Positions 38,706 to 51,442 of a stretch of 64,000 nt of DNA are shown here, piece after piece. The translations under genes and the position numbers were made by a program. How positions within the stretch are numbered: position 1 is the stretch's first letter; the number at the start of each line of letters is the position of its first letter. Source of the DNA: Felis catus (taxonomy: Eukaryota). Below the pieces are notes generated by a model. That model was given only the letters and a program-made list of their open reading frames with translations. It was not told where the DNA came from and did no database searches. The stretch spans positions 64,792,001 to 64,856,000 of the forward strand of contig NC_058368.1 in the NCBI RefSeq assembly GCF_018350175.1. The letters are read 5' to 3'.

Positions 38706-39808
38706 AATATAATGGTAAAAGACTGAATGATTTCTCCTTAAGATTAGGAATAAGCTAAGTATGTCTGCTCTAGACACTGCTAGTCAATATTGTACTAGAA
38801 GTTCTAGCCAGTGCAATAAAGTAAGAAAAATAAATAAGTCATACAGACTGTTAAAAAAAATAACTGTTCCTATCTGCAATTGGCATGATTGTGTGCATAG
38901 AAAACAAAAGATTCTATTACATAACTCCTAGAAACAAAAATGAATACAGCAAGATCTCAAGATATAAAATCAATAAACATATCAATTGTATTTGTATATA
39001 CGAGCAATAGAGAGGCAGACATTCAAATTAACAATATAATACTAATTCCAGTCACTCAAACAATTACTGAGTTGTAACTTTGTCAAAACATGAGAGGACT
39101 TATATGCTGAAAAATTCAAAATAATTGACCAATGAAATCAAAGAGGATTTGAATAAGAGACACTGTGTTTATGGGTAGGATGTCTCAACACAATAGTGAA
39201 TTTTCTCTCAATTGATGTACAAATTTAACACAATTCCTATCAAATCCTAACAGGATTTTTATAGATCGAAGCACAATTATTTTAAAATTTCTATGTCTAA
39301 AATATTTTTGAAACAGAGCAAGGAAATGGAAGGAATTAGTCTATCTGATTTAAACTTATATAGTCACGGTAATCAAGATGTGTACTGTTTGAGAAGGGAT
39401 AGGCATACAGATCAGTGGCACATAGTGGAGAATTCAACTATAGACCCACACAAATATACCCAACTGACTTTTTACAAAAGTACAAAGACAATTCCATGGA
39501 GAAACAATAGTTGTCCCCAAAATATAGTACTAGAACAACTAGATAGCCATATGCAGAAGAAAAAAAAACAATAATCTTGAGCTAAACTTCATATGCCATG
39601 TAAAAACTAACTCAAATGGCTATAAACTTAAATGTAAATGGTTAACTCATATAACTTTTAGGGAAAAGAACAGAAGATAAAGTCTTTGTGATCTGGACAG
39701 CAGATAAATTGGAGTTCATCAAAATTAAAAATATTTTCTCTGTGAAAGATCCTGTTAATAAGATAGAAAGACAAATTACAAACCAGAAGAAAATATTTGC
39801 AAACCACA

Positions 39809-40162
39809 TGTTATGGACTGAAGTCCTTACCCCAGTGTCTCAGAATGTGACTATATTTGGAGATAGATCCTTAAAGAGATTGGTCTTTAAGTTTCAGTGA
39901 GGTAATTAGGACAGGCCCTAATCCAATATGACAGGTGTCCTTTAAGCATAGGAGATTAAGGCACATAGAAGATTATGTGAAGACAATGGGAGAAGACAAA
40001 GGCCATTGACAAGCCAAGCAGAGAGGTTCTCAAAAGATATCAACCTTGAGACACCTTGATCTTGGATTTCTAGCCTACAATATTGTGAGTAAATAAAGGT
40101 TTGTTGCATAAGCCACCCAGAGTGTGTGATATTGGTTATGGCAGCACTAGGAAACTGATGCA
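39809..40162 (+). mobile_element. MLT1B-like MaLR solo LTR nested in L1
   Basis: TGTTATGG start, ctcagaatgtgac, ggccctaatccaatatgac, aataaa, ttatggcagcactaggaaactgatgCA end. Confidence 0.9.
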
Positions 40163-40864
40163 CATGCATCTAACAAAGGACTAATGTCAAGAATATATAA
40201 AGAATTCTAAAAATTCAGCTGTAAAAAAGCAAATCCAGCAAGGTAGTGGGCAAAAGACTAAAGTAACAGTTCACTGTACAGGATACACAGATGGCAAATA
40301 AGCACGTGAAAAATATTCAACATTATTGGTGATTAGGAAAATGCAAATTAAAATTATGATGACTTAATGGTACATACTTATTAGAATCGCTAAAATAAGA
40401 AAAGTTGACAACAGCCAGTATCAGTGAAGATGCAGAGAAAATGAATCAGTAGCACATTGCTGTTGAGAATGGGAAGAAAATAGCTTCCCAGCTACCTTGC
40501 ACAGAAATCACTGGATCTAGGAACTTCTTTCTTTCCCTTCCCTCTGCTGTTCAAAGGTTTGCTATTAAACAATGTTGTGACCTTCCTGTATCAGCTATAT
40601 ACCATGATTTTGAAAGGGCATTACATTATACAGCAAAATAATGAAAACTGTTGATAATCAGAAGCTATTTTTCATGCTACCACAAACAAAAGAATTATTC
40701 AGATAACCATGAACCTTAGGCTGAGAACCTCCAACTTAAGTTTAGATTTTTTTTCTTTTTCATCTTCTTTTGTGTTTTGTTTGTTTTAATTAGCTGAATA
40801 AAAAAATACTGCTGCCAACAATCATGGGAAAACAACACCCAAGTTCATATAAAGTATCACAGCC

Positions 40865-41045
40865 AACAAAGCTCTTCTATATCCATTATCAATTTAAATA
40901 ATATCAACCTTTTAGGTGTCTATCATTCTCATTTCACAGATGAAGAAATTAGGTCTTGGAGAGATTGATATATACAAAGTTACTCAAATTGTAATTGGCA
41001 GAAGAAATCTTAAATGTGAATATTCTTTCCATACCTCCTACAACA
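40865..41045 (-). mobile_element. MIR
   Basis: tcattctcatttcacagatgaagaaattagg. Confidence 0.75.
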
Positions 41046-41888
41046 ATGCTTCTCTAAAGAGAAATTGGTCAAACAACATAATAAAGGACTTGGTCGAGTA
41101 ACCCACTAACTTCATTTTTTCCGTGGTTGAATGCTCAGACATTATGTCTACACTTTCTGTTATGAAAAATAAAATCGAGCATTATTCTCAATAAGTTAGA
41201 GTTGCCAGAACAGTTCCTTGAAAATAAAAGACCTGTTTTTTTTTTCCAGTGAGAGTTTATGCATGTTTCTTGTTCAGATATGATCCTGGAAGTATTTATT
41301 ATAGATTTTAAGATTGGAAAACTTTTACATTTGACCATTTCTTGATAAGCAAGTCCTCAAGGCTATGTATTGAATTGGAATTTGCTGTTACTTCTCCCTT
41401 TCCCAGCTTGAGCTTGAAATTCAAGAAACAGAGAGCTTAAAGGAGGCTTAGGAAGGGGAAAATAATTCCAAATGATTAACTAAACAAGATAATTTGATCA
41501 GTAGGTCTCTGGTCTCCTGACAGCAAATAATACAGAAAGTTAACAATTAACAAGCAAATATGGTGTGCTCATTCATTTTCAGTAATATTGCTATCTGGAC
41601 TACATGAAGTTCTTGACTTGGCTGTTTACATGTGCTTTGGAATTTTATCTCCAAAATTTTCTTGACTCTGGAGAGTTTCATTTAACTCTTATTATACTAA
41701 GAATTAACCACTGTAAATGGTAGAAGACTTAAAGACATCTCGAACCACAGCTGACCCTGAGTTTACATGAAAAAGGAAAAGCAGAAAAACAAAAGACAAT
41801 TCCAGAAAATGTTTGTCACAGTGAATGACAGACATTTATATAACAAACACGTATTTTGTCTGTATATCAATTTCCCAGCCACAATCTG

Positions 41889-41893
<5 letters not shown>

Positions 41894-41928
<35 letters not shown>
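41894..41928. repeat. (TG)n microsatellite
   Basis: Perfect run. Confidence 0.97.
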
Positions 41929-41929
<1 letters not shown>

Positions 41930-42269
41930 ATGCCTGCAAAATGCTTTGGGAATTATTCCAGTTAAGATTCTGATCTAACAGATGATTTGCAAAACCTGGT
42001 TATTTTGACAGGTATCTTATCAAATTCTTTCCAAAATGCACTACATATTCCTGCTTATTTTTTCTTCTTTGTTCTTATAAAATATGGAGGGGTATAGATG
42101 GTATGAGATGCAGGGACGATATTTTTCTCTCACCAGTGGATTCAGTGAATGTGCCAAAAGTCAGTCATCCCATCTCTATTTGGAAACCTATCATCTAAGG
42201 CTTTGTTCTTCATATAATCAGGCACTAATAATAACATCATGGAAATAATATTTTTTTCTTGTTTGTATA

Positions 42270-42690
42270 AGGTCAGCTCCTGCTACTTGTTCTCATCTGT
42301 TGCTACCTCCTGCCTTTAGATATATATGCCATCCACATAGAGTTATCTACATTTCTGTAAACACCCATGCTTATGATTGCTGTCTTAATTTTGTTCTCTG
42401 GGTAACCTTTCTCCTTGTTTGCCTTGCTACCTTCCCCTCATGTTTTTGGACTTAGCTCCAGGTTGATCATAGCTGCAAAGTCTTCTCTCAGAGGCTCCTA
42501 GGAGACTACTATTATTCCTATCTTAATCTATTTTCATCCTAGATTATAATATGCATTTGTTCTCCTGTCCCTCTGTTAGACTGCTAACTCCTTGGAATGA
42601 AGAATTATGATTTTAGCATTGCTGTATGCTTGATGCCTAACCCAGCATCTGGCACAACGTATGCTTGCAAAAGATCTTTGATAAATTAAC
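42270..42690 (+). mobile_element. L2c relic
   Basis: ttagactgctaactccttgga, atgcctaacccagcatctggcaca. Confidence 0.65.
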
Positions 42691-42724
42691 ATGTGGATGG
42701 TACTACCTTTTATTTTAAAATGTA

Positions 42725-43150
42725 GTTTATAGACACTCTAGTATGTTATCTTATGGATGTTTCAAGATAATCTTCAGAAGTAGATAGAACAGAAAAAACT
42801 GAAGCTCAAAGAGATGCACATCTCATGCTAGTTGGTGTTGGAACCTGGACTTGAAACCAAGTCTTCTATATCCTGAAGCAAACAAAACAAACAAACAACA
42901 ACAACAACAAGCTTTCTTTAGTACCGTTTAAAACACAGGGGCTAGGGACAAGACATTTAAACATTTTATTTACTCCTCATGACAACTTTATAGAGAGCGG
43001 CATATATAACATTATTCTATTTTCCAAGAGCGAATCCTGAAGTTTGGAGAGTGGGGGGCTTTCCCAGAGTGGCCTAAAAAAACAATAGAGGGGCTGAGAA
43101 ACAAGTCCAGGTCTACATGTTGAAGTGCCAGATTATACAGTTTCTCAAAC
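42725..43150 (-). mobile_element. Two MIR relics
   Basis: aaactgaagctcaaagag...ggacttgaaaccaagtctt; tactcctcatgacaac...ttattctattttccaagag. Confidence 0.6.
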
Positions 43151-43404
43151 CATATCCTTTGTGATGACTAGGATTACTTCTCCAAAATAGTATTTCATTC
43201 GTGTGTCTGTTGGTCAAGCTCTACAGATACGCATGCCTTGGTAACACAGTAGCAGCCACTCAGATGGGATTGATACATTTTGGAGTATTGACAAAGACCC
43301 AGGGCTCCAGCAGGGGAGCAGAATTGGATCCTGGTTACGTGACTTAGCAGATACAGCAGTTGCTTTACTGTAAGACTCTAGAAAACATTCCCCTTTGTGA
43401 CTGG

Positions 43405-43990
43405 TAACCATTTTATATAAGGAACTACAATTCAGTAATAAAAAGACAACTGAATAAAAAACTAGCAAGAATTTGGACACATCAAAAAATAAGATATACA
43501 AATGGTTAATCAGCACATTCAAAATAGCTTAGTAGCATTAGTTGCCAGGAAAGCACAAGTGAGAAATCGTGAGCATAAAAGGTACAGCATAGGGAATATA
43601 GTCAATAGTATTGTAATAGTGTTGTGTGGTGACAGATGGGCAGCCACACCGTTGGTGAGCACAGCATAATGTATACAGAAGTTGAATATCTATGCTGTAC
43701 CCCTGAAACTAATGTAAGTAACCCCATGTCAACTATACTTGAATAAAAAATCGTTTTCATTGAACATAAAATCATAATGAGGTAGCACTATACATCTACT
43801 AAAATGGCTAATATTGAAAAGATTGATCACTACCAAAAGTTGGCAAAATGTGGTATAACTAGAACTATTATACACTGTTGGCAAAAACGTAAGTGGCAAG
43901 TGGCTCATGCAGCCACTTTGGAAGACTGACAATTTCTTATCTCATTATGTAACGGCAAAGCTACTCCTAAGTATTCAGCCAAGAGAAGAA
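43405..43990 (+). mobile_element. Old L1M fragment with a nested L1MA9-like 3' end (~43569-43765)
   Basis: Insert aggtacagcatagggaatatagtcaatag...gtcaactatacttg interrupts aaatc|ataatgaggtagcac. Confidence 0.8.
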
Positions 43991-44106
43991 AAAAAAAAGA
44001 ACCTTGGTTTACAAAAATAAAAAATTATATATGTACACGCACACATACATGTACCTTTGCTTCTAGTCATATGATATGAACATAGTATTTTTTTAATTTT
44101 CCCTTT

Positions 44107-44326
44107 TTTTTTTAATTTTTTTTAACATGTATTTATTTTTGAGACAGAGAGAGACAGAGCATGAACAGGAGAGGGTCAGGGAGAGAGGGAGACACAGAAT
44201 CCGAAACAGGCTCCAGGCTCTGAACGGTCAGCACAGAGCCCGATGCGGGGCTTGAACTCACGGACCGCGAGGTCATGACCTGAGCTGCAGTCGGACGCTT
44301 AACCGACTGAGCCACCCAGGCGCCCC
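44107..44326 (-). mobile_element. Young Can-SINE (SINEC_Fc)
   Basis: CpG-rich near-consensus copy; perfect 14-bp TSD ttaattttcccttt at 44093-44106 and 44327-44340. Confidence 0.98.
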
Positions 44327-45008
44327 TTAATTTTCCCTTTAAATGATAATTTTAAAAGATCAATTTGACCCTGATCATGTTCAGATATTTAAAGAAACAA
44401 TTGTATTCTAATTTGTAAAAGAATTCTCAGATACAGAATTTATGTGGAGTTTTTCACTCTGCAGAGAACCTGGTATGATATTTTAATCCTCTATACTTTC
44501 ATTTTACCCCATACACACCGAATGTATATCTTTTCAGCAGTCACCATTTCATTAAACACATAGTAACTTATTTTTTAGAACAAATAATAAATTACTTTGT
44601 TTTAGAAATTCAAAGTGCATTAAAAAGCCAAAACCAAAACCTTTGGGAAATAATTTGGGGCTGAAAACTATTCTCTCCTTCTTCCTTCAGTGTGTACAAA
44701 CCTTGAGTGTTGGTTACAGGTGACTTAGAGACATCATCATCCGTTGCTATTTCATAGTGAGTGTGATTTATCATTTGAAATAATGTTGCTCCAATTACTT
44801 TGAAATGCACTGAAAATACATGGATGCCTATAGTCCCCATAATGATTATTTCATATAGTGGGGATGAAATATAAGTCAAGTGACCTGATTCCTAGATGAC
44901 TTCTCAGTGTCCGCATTTAGTTTTCACAAATAGCACATAAGATAAAATGAAGGATTTGGGTCATTTAGGGGAAAAAAATCTATGCTACTTATTGTAATAA
45001 AACTTCAC

Positions 45009-45188
45009 TTTTTAAGTTTATTTTTGAGAGAGAGAGTTGGAGAAGGGCAGAGAGAGAGGAGGAGAGAGACAATCCCAAGCAATCTCCATGCTGCCAGCAC
45101 AAAGCCTGACATGGGACTTGAAGTCCTGAACCATGAGATCATGACCTCAGCCAAAATCAAGAGTCAGATGCTTAACTGAGTGAGCCCC
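45009..45188 (-). mobile_element. Can-SINE with a shortened 5' head
   Basis: gagatcatgacctcagccaaaatcaagagtcagatgcttaac; flanks share ttcactttt. Confidence 0.93.
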
Positions 45189-45211
45189 TAAACTATTCAC
45201 TTTTAAGCTAA

Positions 45212-45340
45212 TTTTTTTTTAAGTTTGTATTCAAATTCCAGTTAACATATGGTGTAATGTTAGTTTCAGGTGTACAATACAGTGATTCAATACTTCTATA
45301 TAATACCCAGTGCTCCTCATAAGTGCATTCCTTAATTCCC
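45212..45340 (-). mobile_element. Very short carnivore L1 3' end
   Basis: ttagtttcaggtgtacaatacagtgattcaatacttc...ccagtgctc. Confidence 0.85.
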
Positions 45341-45920
45341 TTTAAAAAAAAGTGATATTGCTCCTAATGCTATTTCTACATTATTCCACATGATTTTGTA
45401 ATTGGACATTGAATAATTGGTTGCATTGTCATATTCCTTTAGAATTTATTTCATCCCACTGCTTACTGCCAATTAAAAAATCTAAACATAAATTATTACT
45501 ACTTTGTAACTTTCCAGAATTATCAGAATTGTTTTAAACATGTTACTCAGATAAAAAGACCTACCGTCAAATGATTCTAACAATCCCAAACTTCTAACAA
45601 TTCAAAAGTGTAAGATATTATACCCCCAATTTGCCTAGGTCACTTTGATTTTTATTATTATAAAAGGAAAATCTTGAAGTACCAATTAAACCATTGTTTG
45701 GTATTAATTGATGTCACATATTATCTTCCAGCTTCAGAAAAGTAAAGCCCCTAAAGACCATGTGGCTTTTGTTTAAATATTTATAATAAATTTTGCTGTG
45801 GGCATTAGGCACTAGGATATGAATTTAAAATAAAACTATGGATCAGTGATCAATTAGGAAATAATGGGAAATGAAGATCTCTTCCCTTTCTCTCTCCCTG
45901 TTGGTTTCTCTTCTACACAG

Positions 45921-46121
45921 GCTATTTGAAGGCATTGAGATCCCTGTTTCCCATACCAAAGAGTGCTTGTTATTCTGTTCTTGAAGCTTGCCCCAGCAAC
46001 CAGTGACCTGTTTGAGAACCTGCTTTGACAAGCTCCACAGGTGTCCTGGCTTAATGTTACTCTGGAGTGCTTTTAATAGATAAGCATACTCTATCTGTTC
46101 TGTCGAAGAAAAATAGGGCAG
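45921..46121 (+). other. Candidate non-coding exon (201 bp)
   Basis: Long pyrimidine-rich tract ending ctacacAG at 45920; donor CAG|GTAATC at 46121/46122; stops in all frames. Confidence 0.35.
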
Positions 46122-46417
46122 GTAATCAGACAACCATCTTCTCTAACCTGAGCTGAATGCTTAACATAAGTCAAGGGTAAAGGGAAAACCTTTCTTTCAC
46201 AGTCCCCTGAGATGCCATTGGAATGCTGCCCTTTACTTTACATTTATTTGTCATGAATATAGGCAGTAACCAGTGCATTAAATAAACTATGCTGAGAAAA
46301 TAATGATTTAAAGAGGCTTTGGCAAACAAGATAACCAGGGGCATTTGGAAACGTTGTGAAAATAAACTCAATAATTGATTTTATTTTAAGGGTCCTGGCT
46401 TTAAAATATTTGATTTT

Positions 46418-46614
46418 GGGAAGCACCTGAGAGGCTCAGTCAGTTGAGCCTCCAACTTGGGCTCAGGTCATGATCTTGTGGTTGGTGAGTTCGAGCCCCA
46501 CATCAGGCTCACTGCTGTCAGCTTCTCAGTGCAGAGCCTGCTTCAAATCCTTGGTCCCCCTCTCTCTGCCCTTCCCCCACTTGTGCTCTCCCAAAAAATA
46601 AATAAATATTTTTA
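46418..46614 (+). mobile_element. Can-SINE
   Basis: TSD aaaatatttgatttt at 46403-46417 and 46615-46629; B-box-like gagttcgagccc. Confidence 0.97.
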
Positions 46615-48574
46615 AAAATATTTGATTTTTTATGGAGCCATATTTGATTTCTTATGGGTAACATTTTGGCTTAACTTATGCTAAAATAACTGACAGAAAC
46701 TTTATAATTAATCTCAGCATTTTTTCTTTGTAATTGTCAAAAATAAAGACTGATGAACACAATAAGGAAAAGTTTCATGTTATATAATGTACTTAAATTC
46801 AAATACATTTTGAAACCAAATCCATTATTACCTTTTTTATAGAGAATAATTATTTATTCATTCTTAGCTGTTGCCTAACAAATGTGGCCATGGTCATAGG
46901 GAAAAACATGACAAGATTACATGGGAGAAATTTCTGAAGTATGAAAGATGTAATGTACTTAGTTATACTTTTATTTATAAAGGACTACAAGCTTGTGTCA
47001 ACTGTTTTCCTCTATCAAAAGTTACCTTGCAGTAAAATCAAGAATGAGCTGCCCAGTGAGTTCTCAAACTTAAGGCAGAGCATAGGAAAAATGCAGGACT
47101 GGGTCTGCACATCTATCCATAGAATGGACCTGATTATCTACACTTGGTGTAGTGATTTCCTTTCTGGATATTTGAAGTGCTATACATACTGTTTCCAAAC
47201 TACTGTTGAGAAGGACTTTGATAAAGGCATTGGAAGATCTAACAAGGGTCAATGGATATGTATGTTCTCAAAGTGCTTCCCCTTCTCCATGGAAACAGAA
47301 TGACACCATCCATTATATGGAGAACTAGGTGTACAAGGGAACCTATTGTAATGCCAAAAATTCTTCCTGGTGCACAGAGTAGACAACCAAAACCTATCCT
47401 TTCACTCTCTATGTGATGTCCATAAAAACTGCATAGATGGCAACCACTGATAATGCAGAATAATGGTTCCAAATGCCACTCCATAAACGAGCAGAATTTA
47501 GACTCCGGAACAGAAAGTAAGACCATGAGAAAAAAGGTAACTTTTTTTTTTTTTATTTCTAGGTTTAACGAATGAGTATTTCTTAATGACACAGTTAAAA
47601 AAAAACACAAGTTTTTAAAAATTTGTGTTCAAAATCAATTTATAGTCCAAACAAAGTATGACTACCATTTTGGGTTAATTGAAACATAGAAGAGAAATAA
47701 TTGCTAGTTTCAAAAACTCTACCAAGTTCCCAAGGCTTAGACCATCTCTGTGCCTTTCCATTTACTGCAACCTTTGCTGAAGTCCTCAGAAAAGGATTGT
47801 CCTGTGCCCACTTTGAACTGCTAGGCTTAGAAAGCAACTAACTTTTGTGGAAGTGATAGACTGGACTCTTTTGTAATAAAAGGGGTGTATACAATTGGGA
47901 TCATCATTATCTAGGGAAAAAACATTCCAGTATGATGGATTAGGCAAATGCCTTATTCGTACATGCTATTAAGTCACTGCTTTATGGAAAAAAAAAAAAC
48001 CAAGGAGGCTCATAACAGTCACCTCTTCCATGTTTAATGAGGCAAGGAAAAACTCATATGACCTATTTAGGGGTCATTTCCATTATAAAAGTATCATTAA
48101 ATATCCAGTTCAAGGGTAAATTTGGGAAATGGTTAGTTAGATGACATAGATGGGTACCTAGCTGAATCTTTAATTAGAAACACTTAAACCACCAAACTAT
48201 TATCTTTCTTTTGATTTTTTTAAATTGTATTTTATCTTTCCTTTGTTTTTCTTATTTTTTAAGACAAGTTTTGACTGCATATCCAGTATAAAATAGACTT
48301 CATCTCAACTTTTCTTCTAGTTTTAGAAAGCCACTGCATTCTTCCAGAGAATTTTTAAAAGTCTTGTCCTCAGAGTTTTTTTGTTCTTTATTTTAAAGAT
48401 GTAAGCTTATTTTAAATGACCCGAAAAAAGAAAGGCATGTAGTTCATATATGGTTTAAAGGGAAAATGCTTTGTCTCTGTTTGACAGGGTACAACTAAAT
48501 ATTATTGTATTTTCCATCCCATTTATTTATATAGACACTATCAAGAAAGAACCAAGCTTCTGCTAGGGCAGTAA

Positions 48575-48724
48575 GTAGTTTTTATCTTTCTCTTCAGTCA
48601 GGGACTCCTTTGTAATCCAACAAAATCTAAGGGGCCCATTGCCAGAAAAATGCATTTAGTCACTTAATATAAAATGGTGTATCCAGAGAACTTAAGAAAT
48701 GCATGGGCTCCAGTAAGAAGTCCC
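48575..48724. mobile_element. Charlie4z-like hAT MITE relic
   Basis: gtcagggactcctttgtaatc...ccagaaaaatgca...catgggctccagtaagaagtccc. Confidence 0.55.
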
Positions 48725-49103
48725 ACACATGACAGGGAAAACATTCCATCAAACCTCTCTTTTGGATTGTAAAACAAAGGGAAAAAGATTAATGAGATAT
48801 AGGCAGGTCCTTTATGGCAACAACAACAAAGAAGTGTTGATGTGATTCAATAGAAATAAGGACTGTAATTCCAGAGGGTGATTTAATTACACAAAGAAAA
48901 GCCAGTTTGATTAGGAATGCCTGAACTCAGGAATGTCCTTTGTATTTTAAATGCAAAGTTTTGATTACTTACCAATTTTACAGTTGTTCCTCAGCAGAAA
49001 TTATAAAAATTGCTACTCAGTAAATGGCTCATATTTCCCATTATGTATTTTTACTTTGAATTCACATAAATGGACATAGCCAAAAAATATGTACTTCGAT
49101 GAT

Positions 49104-49285
49104 ATGTGGCGTAATGGCAATAGCACAGACTTGAAATGAGTTCAAATCCCAGCTCTGCTACTTATTAACAAAGTACCTTTGAGCATATCTGAAGCTTAAT
49201 TTCCTCTTTTGTAAAATATAAGATAATAATATCTACCTTTAAAGCTGTTGGGAGGATGAGAGCCTGCTATATGAAACATCCAATC
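49104..49285 (+). mobile_element. MIR
   Basis: gagttcaaatcccagctctgctacttatt...tttcctcttttgtaaaatataagataataatatctacc. Confidence 0.85.
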
Positions 49286-51421
49286 CTAGGACCGAGGACT
49301 GTAATTAATTTTCACAATTCAAACAATTATGGTATGATGCATATTAACTTAGCATTACAGTCACAGGAATAAAATACACATTGATCCCGATTCACCAGAC
49401 CAAACAGAGATTCTTACCTCTCTAACAATTTCTTCTTAAAATTCGCTGGACAAAATGCAGTTCCTTATTTTTCTTTCCTAAGAGAAAATCCTTAACTTAA
49501 TCACAGACCCCTAGTCAAGCCTGGGAAGGAGTCAAATGTACCTCATTATTTTTTGCTCCTGAAAATCATGATTTGTACTTCTAGCACCTCAGTATTTTGG
49601 CCATATTGGTATTATGGCCATGGATCACTTGGCCAGATGTGATCTCTCAGTTTCATAAATTCACTGAAAAATCACCACAGGCCTTCTCCACTCACCCCCC
49701 AAGTAAATTTCATTTTCTAGTTTTTAAGACAGAAAGAAAAGTTGTACTTAGTTCCACAAGAAATATTCTTATAAAAAACTTTTTTATTCTATTATTTTTC
49801 CCCTTCTTTCCTCTCAGTCAGGCTGTTGCTAACGTGGAAGGTAATAGGCAATGTGTCTTTTCATGCCTTGTGAGAATTCTTTTAAGTTCAGTTTCTTCAG
49901 GCTCTTACTGCATATTTGTTTCCAGAACTAAAAAAAAAAAAATAGGTCAGTTTGAGGTCAGAATACTGTATATCTTGTCTGAAATCAAATTCTATCATAT
50001 GATAAAATCTTTTATAGTAGGATAATTAAAGAATAACAGACCACACTGGAAAAATCTATTTTCCCCCTTCCTGTTACTCTCATTTAAGTAAGAAGACTGG
50101 CTTAATTTAACAATTTCCTTGTATTTCATAAATGGAGTTGGACGTTGAGAAAGAATACGTTTTAAAAAAGCTTCAAAAATGATTTATTTTGTCTTGTTTT
50201 ATTGCATGTTAAAATTTCATATTATGGAAAAAATAAGTTAAACTATCAATAATGTTTTCATAGAAGTTAAAGTTCCAAAATTATGCAGAAATAAATTAAC
50301 ATTGCTTCTTCAGAATCAGATTTTCTTTTCAAAAATAAGTTAGATTCTGTTTTTAGATTTTATTCAAACTGTATAATTTGTACTTCAGGAAATTTTAGGA
50401 AAAGCCTCTTAGGAGAAAAATCAGGCCCACCAATTTTTTCATAAAAATAAAACACTGGCCTTCTACATCATGTTAGAGCAATGTACTTTCTTACATGTTT
50501 ACAATGCAAAGTTAGTGGCTTATAGGTATTGGAATGTATCCTGTCAGACCACATCTTCACAAATGCAATGTCAAAATAGCTTTATATGTAAGACTATAGA
50601 GTGGGTTTTAAGTCAAACCTTGAACAGAGTTTTACAAAGGTCTGCTTAATAAATTCAACTACAGTATGTACAGTTTTATCATCTTCCTAAAGTTGGCATT
50701 TAGATACTAAGTTGTATATCTGTCTATCATCTATCTATCTATCAATGATCTATCATCTATCTCTCCTTTTGCTGTAAAAGTACAGTTTTATTTTTATTCC
50801 CAACTATTTATGACAGCTATGTTAGCGCCTATTTATTTCCTAGAAATTTAATCTTCCTGTAAATATACTGTTCTAATGGCATAAACTGTCCAAACACTGT
50901 CCAAACATCTATCCTTCTTTTAAATCAAAAATGCTTCAAAACACATGATTCACTTTCAGACTTGAGCAGGGTTGGGCAAAGTTTTGACCTCCCCCCACCA
51001 CAAAATCTTTAAAGCAAATACATGGCATTAGTTTGACAATTGCAAATCTAGAAATCAATTTATGAGTATGTAAGGAACTCTATACTAGGAATTGACTAGA
51101 ATGTATCTGGTCAATTTATCTTTACAGATTACCCTCACTGAGGTTAGATCTATTTGAACATATCTTACTTTTAAAAATCCAGTGTACTATGAAAGTATAT
51201 AAAAAAATAAAAACATTGCATGGTTCAAATTTTTATTTTAAATGCTAACAAAAATTGAGCATTGCTTCAAACTAAACATCTTAGAAATGATCAAAATAGA
51301 GTTTTCCCCTGAATTATGAAACAGAATCTAAGAAAAATTTTGATTTTAAATAGAATGAAGTTGTTTTTGTTTTATACTGTTGTTAATGATTTACTCCTAA
51401 TATAACCTGAAAGTATAATTT

Positions 51422-51442
51422 ATGATGTCATATTGACGTCAT
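51422..51442. promoter_or_regulatory. Tandem CRE/ATF motifs
   Basis: TGATGTCA at 51423-51430 and a perfect CRE TGACGTCA at 51434-51441. Motif match only; function unproven. Confidence 0.4.

Larger units (their letters stand above)
36795..40472 (+). mobile_element. Old L1M ORF2 relic, interrupted by two SINEs and an MLT1 LTR
   Basis: Recognisable ORF2 segments: aaaaatgaaaacacaacatgtcaaa, tactagaagttctagccagtgcaataa, tagacccacacaaatatacccaactgactttt, attaggaaaatgcaaattaaaa. Confidence 0.9.

Noticed and set aside
46941..47303. 120-aa ATG-initiated ORF
   Set aside because: No recognisable homology or domain and no supporting gene structure; length is within chance range.
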